A stretch of DNA of 40,816 bases from Isurus oxyrinchus (lineage: Eukaryota). The translations under genes were made by a program, and so were the position numbers. This document shows positions 25,462 through 36,446 of the stretch, piece by piece (the stretch's first letter is position 1; each line of letters opens with the position of its first letter). The DNA lies in contig JANJGN010003745.1 of NCBI GenBank assembly GCA_026770705.1, forward strand, positions 1-40,816, written 5' to 3'. The notes under the pieces are model-generated. The model worked only from the letters and a program-made list of their open reading frames with translations. It did no database searches and was not told the origin of the DNA.

Positions 25462-25700
25462 AAGTAAAGCTCCCTCTACGTTGTCAAAAAGAAGCCCAGG
25501 GCAGATACAGCACGGGGTTAGATACAGAATAAAGCTTCCCCTATAACATCCACATCAAACACTCCCAGAGCAGGTAAAGCACGGGGTTAGATACAGAGTA
25601 AAGCTTCCTGCATACTGTCCCCATCAAACACCCCCAGGACAGGTACAACACGGGGTTAGATCCAGAGTAAAGCTCCCTCTATAATGTCCCTTTAAATCAC
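25462..25700. repeat. Minisatellite, ~68-bp unit, ~3.5 copies
   Basis: cacggggttagatacagagtaaagct.ccct...catcaaacactcccag repeated. Confidence 0.85.
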
Positions 25701-25749
25701 ACCCAGATTTGACGCAACTGTTAGTCTAAGGGAGAGAGGGGCAGACGAG

Positions 25750-26040
25750 GACAGAGACAGAAAGATATAGAGGCAGGGAGAAACAGAGACAGTCAAAGAG
25801 AGAGACAGAGAGCCTGCCGCTCATTCTATAAAATCCTTCGGTTCAATTTCTGATTTCCAGCAAATTGTGTTTTAATTTTGTCCCATTGTGCGATTTCAGT
25901 CTGACTAAATCCGGTTCTGCTGAGCAACGGACATCGAACTGTCAGCGACCGCAGTACAGAAACCGATCGTTTAACTGCTGTTTAGAACTGGAGAAACTGA
26001 ACAGTGAGAACGGTTAACAGCTGCACGTCCCTCAGGCATT
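25750..26040 (+). repeat. Locally duplicated ~290-bp non-coding block, copy 1
   Basis: Alignable with 30290-30590 (gatatagaggcagggagaaa...gctcattctataaaatcc...ccagcaaattgtgttttaattttgtcccattgtg...aacggttaacagctgca). Confidence 0.9.
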
Positions 26041-27624
26041 GAGGCTAGGTGGTTAGAAAATGTGGTAGTTGAGAGCGGCAGTCTCTAACATCCCCACTCA
26101 CCTCCACTATTTATTAGTTGTTTTTATTAAACTGCTAAAAGATGGGGAGATGTAAGACAGAAATACGAGGAGTTCATATACCCGCCAATTCTACAACATT
26201 GTTTTGTTAAACACTACAGTATTTAATGGTTTTAATCCCAATTGCCTTCAGTTGCCTCAATTAAATCCCAATCGTCTTCAACAACTGACTTTCCAAGAGC
26301 GTCTTTTAAACCCCTGAACTTATCTGTCATTGTCACACACTGTGCCAAAATTTCTTTTTGCTTTAAATAAATTGCTTGTTATTTCCCTGTCAGCCCAACA
26401 TTCTATTTTTCGGTCCCCCTCTCTGCATCTCTCTCCCTGGGACAAACTTAACCTCTGCATCTGGAGACATAATATTTCCGTACACGAACAGAAGGAGGCT
26501 ATTCAGCCCCTCGAGCTTGCTCCACATTTACTAAGAGAATTGTTGCTCTGTCCATCAACTTCAGTACCTTACCTCCATTTTCTTTAATCAACAAAAGTAG
26601 GAGCAGCACTGATAAACAAACTCCCAGGAATGGAGTTCAATTGCACGTGAGCATTCATTTATTCTATTTTATGCCCATTACCTCAATCACTCGACCATCC
26701 CGCTTCACTGGAATTGCCTAGCGTTCAATCAACCAGATGGTTAGTTGGTTTCCCTCAAAATTTTATTAATCCCTATCCTCATCTTGGAGCATATTTTGTT
26801 ATAGTCATCAATGCCTAGATGCTCCACTGCCTTTACTTCTCACCCTGATCAGTTTCATTCGCCGTTACCTTGCCTTTCTTTTTTATTTGCATTTTGCTTT
26901 ATAAAGACAACAGTGCACACTGTGGGAACTCAATTCCCTTAGCCCCTTTACATACTTCTTCTACTGACGTAATACTACGTTGAGCAAGCCCCATTATTAT
27001 TAATCTGTTTGTTACTAAATTCCTTAATTTGTGTGCATATTTCTTTCTTCAACTTCCTTCAAGACACACAACAATTCAGAGATAGAGTTATGGAAATAAA
27101 GAGCTAGAGAGTGACACAAAGATACACAAAGAGAGTAAAATACAGAGGGAGAGAGAGTCCAGATGGTGAGTTTTATTGTAACGTTTAACACTGCACTTAG
27201 TATAAAGAACTCAACCCCATCTTCTGACTCTGATTCTCAAAATGCCTCTCAAGAACAATAAGGAAAGAAGAACATGTATTTATACAGTGCCTATCATGAC
27301 ATCAGAACTTTATAAAGCACTTTACAACCAAAGAAGGCTTTGGAGTGTCTTTATGTGGGAAACATGGCAGGCAATTTACCACCTCAAGCTCCCACAAAGA
27401 ACAAGGTGATAATGACCTGGTGATCTGCTTCAGTGATGTTGATTCGGGGGGTAATGGAAATTGACATATGTCGAACAACCTGTCAGCCTGTCATCGAAGC
27501 TGCCATTTCCACACATGGATCGCAGAGATTTAAATTCCTTTGAATTTTTCAGGTGGCTGACTCATGTAACTCCACTGTTCACTCGGAGGGTGGATTGTGC
27601 CCAATACCATATTGTTCAGGATTT

Positions 27625-28360
27625 ATGAAGTTTTTGCTGTGGGCCTCAGCCTCTGTTACTGGTGTGTTTCTTAATCTGATAACATGCTGCCTTTCATCTG
27701 CTTGACACCGATATTCACAATCATTCAACCCACTGAGGTAATGGGGCCCGTGTTTCAGGAAGTATGTAAGATCTAACAGGAGTGTGTGAAATAGCCTTGG
27801 GGAAGCCTCTAACCATGTGAGCAAACGTCAACTGTGTCGAGGAGCTAAAGTTGGGTAAAAGCCTTTGGAATTCTGCTGTCGAGTGTGTCCTTTTCTAACC
27901 TTGCTTGCTTGTATTTATTTTAATTTAAAATCTATTTTAGAATATTTCCCCAATAGGTGTGTGCAGGTTGAAATCAGGTAAATTAGGAAGTTTGATATTT
28001 GTTATAGTACTCAGCAACTCTAAACGTATGTGTGTGTGTTTGAAATATTTCCTGTTGTTAATATATGTTTAAATATGGTTTTTAAAAAATCTCTAAAGGT
28101 TCCAGTAGGCTCATTACTTCTGAATTCAGTGCACAAAACTTCTCGGAATAAAAACAAATTGCAAAACTGTGATAACGTGGCCAAGTTTCCCTTGTGGGTT
28201 TGGTCCGTCTGGCACACATCCAGGCCTGCCAAGTCATAACAAACATCTTTGGGAAGCATGTGATATGTGCTACCTTACATAAAGCTGCAAGAACGGTCCA
28301 TTTAACCATTCACTAGGCGAAGTTGTCTGACAGCACTGTGGATAGCTAAGTTCTAGGAAA
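27625..28360 (+). pseudogene. Highly decayed TCR V relic (leader 27625-27661, V exon ~28099-28360)
   Basis: Leader MKFLLWASASVT G|gt. FR3-like ATLHKAARTVHLTIH*AKLSDSTVDS*VLG, followed by CAGAACG + 23 nt + ACAAAAAAA (28361-28399). Confidence 0.65.
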
Positions 28361-28819
28361 CAGAACGTCACCAGACAACGAGAGGCCCGTACAAAAAAAC
28401 TATCCCTGTCTTTCCGATGTGACATCCTGACTCCACACAATATGTAATTGTTTGGAACCCCCAACCACCAGACCCCCCAATCCCAGCAAGTTAAGTGATG
28501 TGCATTCTGTTAAAGGTATTCAACAGTTATCTACATATGGTTCTGTATCTTGCAGTTCGCCCTTCTGCACCTCTCCAGATACTTTTTGCTCACCTATCTG
28601 TTTGACTTTCTTCATGCCTGAAGGTGATGAGGATATCCGATATGAACATAATGATGCAAGTTCATTGGCGCTGTCGGAACAGAGAGATGGAGACTTTGCA
28701 AAGTGCACAAACGTTTGAAGTTGGTAGTGGAGGCTGGGACTGCTGTAAAAATGAATTTAAATTCTTGATTTTATCAATAGGATTAGGATGCTTTGCTAAA
28801 CATTTCTAGAAAGCTGTTA

Positions 28820-29360
28820 AGTTCTCAGTTGGACTGTTGTGTATAAATATGTGAACCACACCTGATGAATGATTTGCCGGTCTTGCAGAAGGTGCGGGAG
28901 AGATTTATTAGGAAGCTTCAACTGATGAGAGGCTTTAGCTTTGTGGAGCGACTTGAGAATCTGCGGTTGTTCTGTGTTGAACAGAAACGATTGAGAGGAC
29001 ATGCGATGGAGATATTAACAATTATGAGCTGTTTTAGTTGAATAAATAAGGGAAGTTGCATCCACCGGCGGAAATCTCGGTAATCAGAGAACTTGGATTT
29101 GAATAAATTCGCAAAAGAATCAAAGGCAACCTGAGCAGCCATTTATTTGCACTCTAAGTTGTTGAGTTGTGGAATGCACTGCCGGATAGGTTGTGGAAGC
29201 AGTTTCAATAACAAATGTCAAAAACATAATTGGGTAACTACTTGAAATGGAAACCTTTGCAAGACAAAGCAGGGTGAACAGTGAAGTGTGAACAATTTGG
29301 TGCCTCTGCCAAAGAGGCTACACTGACACGATGAGCTGAATGGCCTCATACAATGTTGGT
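28820..29360 (+). mobile_element. CR1-type LINE 3' fragment
   Basis: FSFVERLENLRLFCVEQKRLRGHAMEILTIM-like remnant plus 3' UTR. Confidence 0.75.
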
Positions 29361-29444
29361 GCGATGAAGGAAAGGAACGAGGATTTATTGTTGCCTCCAG
29401 TATCTAAACATCCATTTGTCTTCTGTTCATTGACTATTCGAAAG

Positions 29445-29743
29445 TCTGTACTATTCAAATACAATTAAGCAACCTGCATCATCAGTATCATGTTTGGAGA
29501 AAGGATGAATGGTATTGCCCTGTTGAAACTCCACAGGTCGCCGCCGATATGATCTTTTCTGGCACCAAAGAAACGAGAAGGCGCTGACACTGAAAATCAA
29601 AATGAATTCAGAGGGAGGGCAGTAAGCAGAGCGTGTGGGCGGCCGAATCTATTCAACACTCCGGGTATCAGATCGTTTTTTCAGTTTAATCCTGACAGAT
29701 GTAGAACTGAGTGACAGTGGGATGTTTTATTGTGTGCTGAATA
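29445..29743 (+). pseudogene. TCR alpha/delta V pseudogene (not in the ORF track)
   Basis: SNTIKQPASSVSCLEKG*MVLPC*NSTGRRRYDLFWHQ...GGRIYSTLRVSDRFFSLILTDVELSDSGMFYCVLN with three stops. Followed by degenerate RSS TTCAGTG + 23 + ACGGAAAAT (29744-29782). Confidence 0.85.
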
Positions 29744-30129
29744 TTCAGTGATACAAACCGATATAGGCACTGTACGGAAAATATCGCTAGGCTGCCATAT
29801 AACCTGAATGGTGGGAGTTCATTTTGTGAACACTGAATCTTCACCTCTGACAGCACCAGAATCAGAAACCGACGCTTTCCGGCTGTAAATTTGCATCCAA
29901 AGTTAATACGTTTTATTGACAGAAAGTCAAGTTTGCGAATATTTCGGATTCTGAACAAAAAAGGGAAAAGTTTCGATTGGAACCAATGAAAGTAGAGCAT
30001 GAAAGCCAAGGAAAGTAGAATGAAAGAGAGAAAGTGAGAGATGAGGGAGAGAAAAGGAGGAAAATATGCCGAGACACTCGGAAAGAGTCACAGGATGGAG
30101 ACAAAGATTGACGCAGAGAGCAGAAAGTG

Positions 30130-30290
30130 TGTGTGCGAGAGAGACGGGAGGGGGTGAGAGAGAAAGAGGGAGAGAGGGAGAGAGAGAGGGAGAGAGAGAG
30201 AGAGAGATTGCGAGAGACAACTGAGAGACACAACAACAAAGACAGAAATTTAGAAAGGGAAGGAGAATGCAATAGACAAAGGAAGAGAGG
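30130..30290. repeat. (GA)n-rich simple repeat
   Basis: gagagaggga runs, which generate the spurious low-complexity ORFs at 29913-30384. Confidence 0.9.
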
Positions 30291-30590
30291 CCCAGACAGA
30301 GACAGGGAAAGAAGGAAAGATATAGAGGCAGGGAGAAATAGACAGGCAAAGAGAGAGAGAGAGAGCCAACAGCTCATTCTATAAAATCCGGTTCAATTTC
30401 TGAATTCCAGCAAATTGTGTTTTAATTTTGTCCCATTGTGTGATTTCAACGTGACTAAAACCGGTTCCGCTGATCAACGGTCTTCGAGCTGTCGGCGGCC
30501 GCACTGCAGAAACCACTCGTTTAACCGTTCTGTTTGGAATTCAGAAACTGAACAGTGTAAACGGTTAACAGCTGCAAGTCTCTCAAGACG
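30290..30590 (+). repeat. Locally duplicated ~290-bp non-coding block, copy 2
   Basis: Paralogue of 25750-26040. Confidence 0.9.
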
Positions 30591-30999
30591 TACAATGTGA
30601 ATGAGGCACCAGGTGAATAAACTCAACACACCTGCGGCAAGTTTGGATACCTGCAGTGGCTTGTTCAATACCTGACCCGGGAGAAAAACGGGAGAGTGAC
30701 ACAACGGACTTCAGATATAAGTGATCCTGATGTGGGTAAATATGGAATTTTATTATTGGACAATCAATGACTGAAATTAGCGACATTGTCCCCGCCATAT
30801 CTTTCAATTGTCTTCGTAGAACCAATCACTCTCCTCCTTTTCAGCCCTCAGGCTGAAACGTGAAAGTTTGGAACTGCAGACACTTCTCTCTATTTTAAAG
30901 CAGATGTTGAGAGTTGGGATTGCTGTAATTTATCTGTATCCCTGATTAATGTTAATGGAAACAACATAGTGCAGTGAGAGAATAAGGATGATGCATTAA

Positions 31000-31460
31000 T
31001 CTTATAAAGGAGAACATGAACATAAGGGAACAATTAGAAACTGGTGGCATGTTCATTGACAACCAGCAAGAAATAGCTCGTCCAAAGGGAGAAAAGGATT
31101 GGATGATCTCTGGCCGCCTTTCAAAGTGCAATCCGACCCCAGGATGTTGGGTGAGTTTTATGCAGGAGAGGACTGAAATGGACTCCAGTCTGAAATACTG
31201 TGTAAAGTTTTGGTGTCCTTACAGAAGAGAGATCAAGATGCTTTGGAAGGAGTGCAGCAAAGGTGCATCAGGGTGATTCCTGAGATGAATGGATTGTCCA
31301 ATGGGAAGAGATTGAGTAGCCCGGGCCTATAATCCCTAGAGTTTAAGAGGATGAGAGGTGATCTCATGAACACAAATAGTATTCTTCAGGGGCTTTACAG
31401 GGCAGATACTGGGTGGAAGTTTCCCCAAACTGAGGAGTATGGAACTCGGGGTCACGAGGT
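31000..31460 (+). mobile_element. CR1-type LINE 3' fragment
   Basis: LKYCVKFWCPYRRE...MRGDLMNTNSILQGL...GTRGH. Confidence 0.8.
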
Positions 31461-31880
31461 AATGTCGATAAAGAAGTTGAAGTCAGACCTGGGAGCCGCA
31501 GTGAGGCTGCAAAAATGTCTGCTCGCTTTACTTAAAGATGCTGCACAGCGGTTGGTGCAAATGCTTCAAGTAAAGCACTCTCCAACAGAGTCCAGGTGAT
31601 GGGGAAAAAACACGATCTTGGTGTTAATTGCAAACGCAGTTTAAAGGGACGCTCGCCACTGACAGGGGGTCACCCTTTCATGCTCATTGTTGCTGCACCT
31701 GTAAAGTGAACCACATTGGGAGACTCCCTGAGACACCTTGTCAGGGCATGAACAACTTGTGGACAACGCTTATTCTGGACTTCTTCTGGGGGCCTCGCCT
31801 AAAAAGAGTTACCTCGACTTCATATCTTTGTACCCTTTACAGGAGTCACCAGGTGAAAGAGAGAACCTGGTCAAAATCAT
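31460..31880 (-). pseudogene. Possible very old TCR V relic truncated by a LINE
   Basis: Short ATG exon (31880), acceptor tttacag at 31699, SVPLNCVCN (FR1 Cys) and FR3-like NRCAASLSKASRHFCSLTAAPRSD. CRE-like TGACGTAA ~100 bp upstream. No RSS visible. Confidence 0.4.
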
Positions 31881-33011
31881 CTTATTAGCGCCCCCTTGAT
31901 CTAAGTGAGGAATGGGAGAAGGTAGTGAGACCAGACGGAGCAGCTCTAATTGTTCAGGGGAGACAGAGGAGAACACGGATAGTGACGTAACATCCGGCCT
32001 CCAGGCATGTTCTAATATCAATTATGAACAATGGGGCCCTAAACTGAGCTAAATCCAGACTTTGAAACAGTTGTAATTTATTTGCCCAGCACCATTTCGC
32101 TCCTGATTACATCCTTTAGTCAAATAGCCTCCATTCTTATGCCCAGGCTATCAGCTGAGCTGGAGGCGCCCCACTCCCGGCTGTTCCCCCACCCACCGGT
32201 CCCCGACCCCCTGGCCCTGGTTGATTGGGTGAAACATGGGCTGTGACTGATAGAAGGCATTTTGACGTCATCCATTATGGGGAAATCATTGATCAGCTTC
32301 ATAAAACTTGATTTCGGTCATGTTTGAGGCCAGTAACCCGCTGCGCGGCTGCGGCGGTTGATTAAAATAGAAGAGGCCGATTGTAAGAGGCTGTGTTGTT
32401 CCAGTCCGCATGTGTGGCCCGTTTGTCCTGAGTGCAGAGCGGTCCGTGTCACAGATAGAGGCCACTCCCAGCTACGCTCAATTGTGGGAAATGCTATCTT
32501 ACATGTCTGGATCTAAATCCTTTCTAGTCGAGAGGTGCCCCAGTTTTCGGTTCCAACAGACAGTAAATGTCCTGTTGAGTTGAGAGAATCTCTCAGCCGA
32601 TCGTAGGCAGAATCCGGGAAATCACAGGAGGCGGTGACTTCTTATCAACTCAATCGGTAAAAGGCGGACTGGACCAAACAAGAGAGAGAAAAAAATCTCC
32701 CGGTCCCCGTAGAAAAAGGTGGCAATAAACTCACTTGAGTTATTATGAATCGGTAAAATACCGATTCATGGGAAATAATGGAGTGTGAGAATGTGAAATA
32801 ATTTCATGAAGTATATTCACAGGAGCATTGGGCAGAGAGGAAAATTCAAGGGTGGGAGGAGCGAGAAGGAAATGCAGACCTGATCAGTTTAAGCACTTTA
32901 TCCTGTGCGGTAAAATGCGGACAACCTTTGAGAAAATGTTCGTGAATAATGTTTGAGTTCCCAATATCCCTGCACTCTGTGTCATTGTATGTCTGTAATC
33001 CCACCATGTTC

Positions 33012-33050
33012 AGGTTTTGTACAGCTCTCTCCCTGCTCTTTATCACTGTG
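33012..33050 (-). other. Second (distal) 23-RSS of the supporting V
   Basis: CACAGTG + 23 nt + ACAAAACCT. Confidence 0.85.
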
Positions 33051-33069
33051 TCTAATCCCTCCATGTTCA

Positions 33070-33108
33070 GGTTTTTGTATGGCACCCTCCGTGCTCTGTA
33101 TCACTGTG
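33070..33108 (-). other. Consensus 23-RSS of the supporting V
   Basis: CACAGTG + 23 nt + ACAAAAACC, both perfect. Confidence 0.95.
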
Positions 33109-33397
33109 CTGTGCGCTGACTTAGTGGAATCGCTCAGTTGTAGTTTGGAGATATTTAACCGGCTGATTTTCTCGGCAGGATCGATAGAAGCAGAACTTCT
33201 CCCCCCAACAGTGTTTTCTTTATCCTCTTCTCCTGAAGCATGTCTCTGAAGCAAGTAATCCGGAGGCTGTCCTGGGGACTGACGGTACCAGTGTACTGTG
33301 TACTGACAGACACCTGAATACTCACAGCTTAAAGTAACGGTGTCACCCACAGCAGAGGTTTGGACAGGCGGATTCTGGGATACAATGGAACTGGAAT
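33109..33397 (-). pseudogene. NAR-TCR supporting TCR-delta V (leaderless), lacking the YYC motif
   Basis: Acceptor ttttctcctgcag|. Reads DSSSIVSQNPPVQTSAVGDTVTLSCEYSGVCQYTVHWYRQSPGQPP...RLNISKLQLSDSTKSA. Has the extra CDR1 Cys typical of supporting Vs and is phase-compatible with the J donor. The second canonical Cys is missing but the frame is open. Confidence 0.85.
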
Positions 33398-33479
33398 CTG
33401 CAGGAGAAAAATTTGATCTTAATCTATTTAGAGACTGGGAAACTTGTTAATCGCAGTAGATGCTGTGGTTTTGGGTGAG

Positions 33480-33770
33480 TTTGTTTAATTTATAACCTGC
33501 TTTAACTTCATTCACTGTTATTGAAATATGAAGCAGTGAAAGGATGAGGTGTTATTTTGTGTTTCAGAGCGAGTTCTTACTATTTGGCATGCATTGTCTG
33601 AACAGACGGTGAAACTGGTTAAGGGTGTTTTCCAAACGAGTAATGGATAAATGTTGGAACATGGAAAAACACAGGGCTACGGGGAAAGAGAGTAGTGGGG
33701 ATAATTGGGTTGCATTTTTAGAGGGGCAGCACCGACAGGATGGACCGGATTTCGACTGCAGTGCAGCATG
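33480..33770 (+). mobile_element. CR1 3' UTR fragment in the J-to-supporting-V intron
   Basis: ttattttgtgtttcagagcgagtt...tggcatgcattgtctgaa...gcaccgacaggatggaccg. Confidence 0.5.
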
Positions 33771-34319
33771 TAATGTATATTACATTTCTGTTTCTATTTT
33801 TCCAGAAGGAACATTTTATTATCAGCGAAGCAATCAGTTTCCAAAATGATTGCCCGAGACTAACCGAACTGTTTAGCATCAAAGCAAGATCCATAATAAC
33901 TTGATGAGATTCATCAGCACTGATTGGGCCAAACCGATAGTGAACATAGGTGGTCAAAGGTTAATCATTTGCTGGAGTTGACCACTGCTCGGGAGTTTCT
34001 ATCAACTTTTTGATCTGTTTCTCTATATTCATCTAACATGAGGGCCCAAATTTCTCCGTGTCCTTTTAATTTGAAATATTTACAGTTACTCTCACTTTAT
34101 TTTACGTTAATGTGCTGTTTGCGCTTTTTGCAATCGTGGGAACTTGTCCCAATCTCTCTCAGTTGTCGGTTGGGATCAGTCTGTTCAGTTTCCGCAGTGG
34201 TTTCCCTGTTACTCACTGGGAGCTGTCTCTTCCGGCTCTCTGACAATTTCAATTATTTCCGCTCATTGACTGATTCTGTCCCTGGTTCTCTGAGCGGAGT
34301 ATTCTCGAAGGTTTTACAT

Positions 34320-35340
34320 TATACACAATCTGCAGAAGAGGAATAGGCCATTCGGCCTAACTGATTGATGCCTATGTTTACACTCCAAACCAGCCCTTCC
34401 TGCCCGAAATCTAAATGACCAGTTCGGTCCACATCCTTCTGCCTGTTTATTCCGCTCTTCCTCTTGTATTTTGAAGTCTTCCCATAAATCTATCAATGCT
34501 CTCTGCTCCAGCCACTCCGTGTGACCTCCAGTTCCACATTCTGACACGTGTTCATGCAAATGTATTTTTCTTAATGCCTTTTATGTTCAATTAGTGGCTA
34601 CCTTATAATAATCTCCTATTGCTCTGGACTCAGCCACAAATTACCAGTTGCTCCACATCCACCCGATTGAACACATTCATAATTAAAAGGTTTCTCTGAT
34701 ATCTCCTCGGTTTCCTCTTTTACAATGAAAAGTGGCCCAGCCTGTTCAATCGTTCTAGAGAGACGTGGATTGTTGCTGATTGCATTTCTCAGGAATGTAA
34801 GAAATCAAAGCAGAGAACATAATAAAGAGATGGAGAGGCCGCTATAGCACCTTTCAAACCTGCTCTGCCATTCAATAATATCGTCGCTGATCTCCATCCT
34901 CAAAATCACATTACAGCAGTGCCCCCATATCCCTTCATTCTTTTAGTATCCAAAGATCTATCGAATACCGTCCTAAGTACAGCCAGCACTGAGTATCCAA
35001 AGCTCTCTGAGGTACAGACTCACAACAATGGTTTGACTTCTCCTCTTCTGAGTTCTAATGGCCGAATGTTTATTCTGAAACTTTGACCCATAGTTATAGA
35101 CTTACCAGCCTTGGGAAACATCCACCGGGAATCTGCCCTGTCTTCCATATTACATGTTTCAAATGAGATTACATCTCAATTCCTCGAAACCCGGGGCAAT
35201 ATAGACCCAGACAACTCAATCTCTTCTCGTAAGACTTTATCTCAGCAATCAGTCTGATGAAACTTTGTTGCACTCACTCCAAAGGATTTAGATCTTTCCC
35301 TAACAAAGAGGCCAAGCGTTTACCTAGCATTCCAGACTGG
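34320..35340 (-). mobile_element. Decayed CR1 3' fragments
   Basis: gaggaataggccattcggcct... and ...cctgctctgccattcaata...gctgatct, similar to the end of the 8640-9720 element. Confidence 0.55.
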
Positions 35341-36013
35341 ACCCATTGCAGCCTGTCCCTCCATAAACATTACCCCCCCACCCTCGTGCCAGGAAGAATT
35401 TTGAACGGCCCCCAGAAATCATCCAACCTTTCTCTTGGTTTCGATTATTATTGTTCTCTTATGTTCCTGTTCCCTTCTAGCAGTTTAGTGCATCATCCTC
35501 ACTCTCCCACTGCTCTGTGTTGTTTTAATTTGCAGAAATCACAGGTACAGATAAATTAAAGCAATTCAGTATCTCAAAAATCTACATTCAAAAGAGATAA
35601 ATGTTAGCAATTCCAAACTTACAAATGATTAGGATTGTGAATCAGAGGGATTGATGGCCCCCGATGTACCAGTGAAACTAATAATGGTTCAGATGCAGCG
35701 AACCCTCATGCTCCTCCAAACTTAAAATCCCTTCCCTCACGTCCCCACACTCCATCCTCCACCCACCCTGATCCCGTTGACCGCCTAGTCTGACAGATCT
35801 CACACATAGTTTCACCTAGACATTCGACCCAGCTCCTGAATAATATTCTGCCCCCAAATCGAAAAAGCCAACAGAGAGGTTTCCTTATGAAAACCATCTG
35901 TTTTCCTTTTCGTGGGACTGAACTGACACTGATCACAATAAAAAGCAGCGGGTGAACATTAGCTAGGACAGGCCGCAACAGGTGTGAGGGGGAGGGTGGC
36001 TGGAGTCACTTAC

Positions 36014-36066
36014 CGGCTATGACAGTCAACATCGTACCGGATCCATCCACAGAATCATATTTCCAC
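36014..36066 (-). CDS. NAR-TCR J segment (WKYDSVDGSGTMLTVIA)
   Basis: xGxGT.LTV motif with an IgNAR-like DG instead of FG/WG. Phase-1 donor G|GTAAGT at 36013-36008 and a 5' 23-RSS. Confidence 0.9.
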
Positions 36067-36105
36067 CACAGTAACACGGCTCTCAGTCTCCCCGGCACAA
36101 GAACC
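36067..36105 (+). other. 23-RSS of the NAR-TCR J
   Basis: Reading away from J: CACAGTA + 23 nt + ACAAGAACC. Confidence 0.9.
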
Positions 36106-36418
36106 ACCGACAACTCAACCTGGCAGGAAATCATCACCAGACAGTAGAAACTGCCATATATTCAGCGGATTGAAAAAATAAACAATATTCAATGTTTCAA
36201 AATGTCTGCCGGCTCACACTGTGCTTTGTGAGGCCCTGAGCGCTGAGTAACTGGTCCAGGGAACGAGATGTTCGCTTCATATAAACCGAGACAAATATCA
36301 AAGAAAGATAATGGAATGGTGGAAATTACAATAAAACGTAATCAGATTCCAGCGATGATAACATCAACCCGACAATTCACTATCTGGGCCCGGAGAATAT
36401 ATATTTTAATTGTACAGA

Positions 36419-36446
36419 GCTATTTGTTCAGGCCTTTTCCTCTGTG
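36419..36446 (-). other. 12-RSS 3' of the NAR-TCR V
   Basis: CACAGAG + gaaaaggcctga (12) + ACAAATAGC. No nonamer-like sequence at the 23-nt distance. Confidence 0.75.

Noticed and set aside
29686-30384. Several long ORFs (107-154 aa)
   Set aside because: Low-complexity translations of the GA/TC microsatellite and flank.
23335-31880. A multi-exon minus-strand host gene built from ORFs at 23.3, 27.6, 28.0-28.7 and 31.5-31.9 kb
   Set aside because: No recognisable protein. The 27.6-28.4 kb pieces are better explained as the antisense of a plus-strand V relic, and 31.5 kb as a V relic.
36217-36223. Perfect heptamer between NAR V and J as the mark of a D segment
   Set aside because: No nonamer at 12 or 23 nt in either direction and no partner 5' RSS found. 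Treated as a lone or cryptic heptamer.
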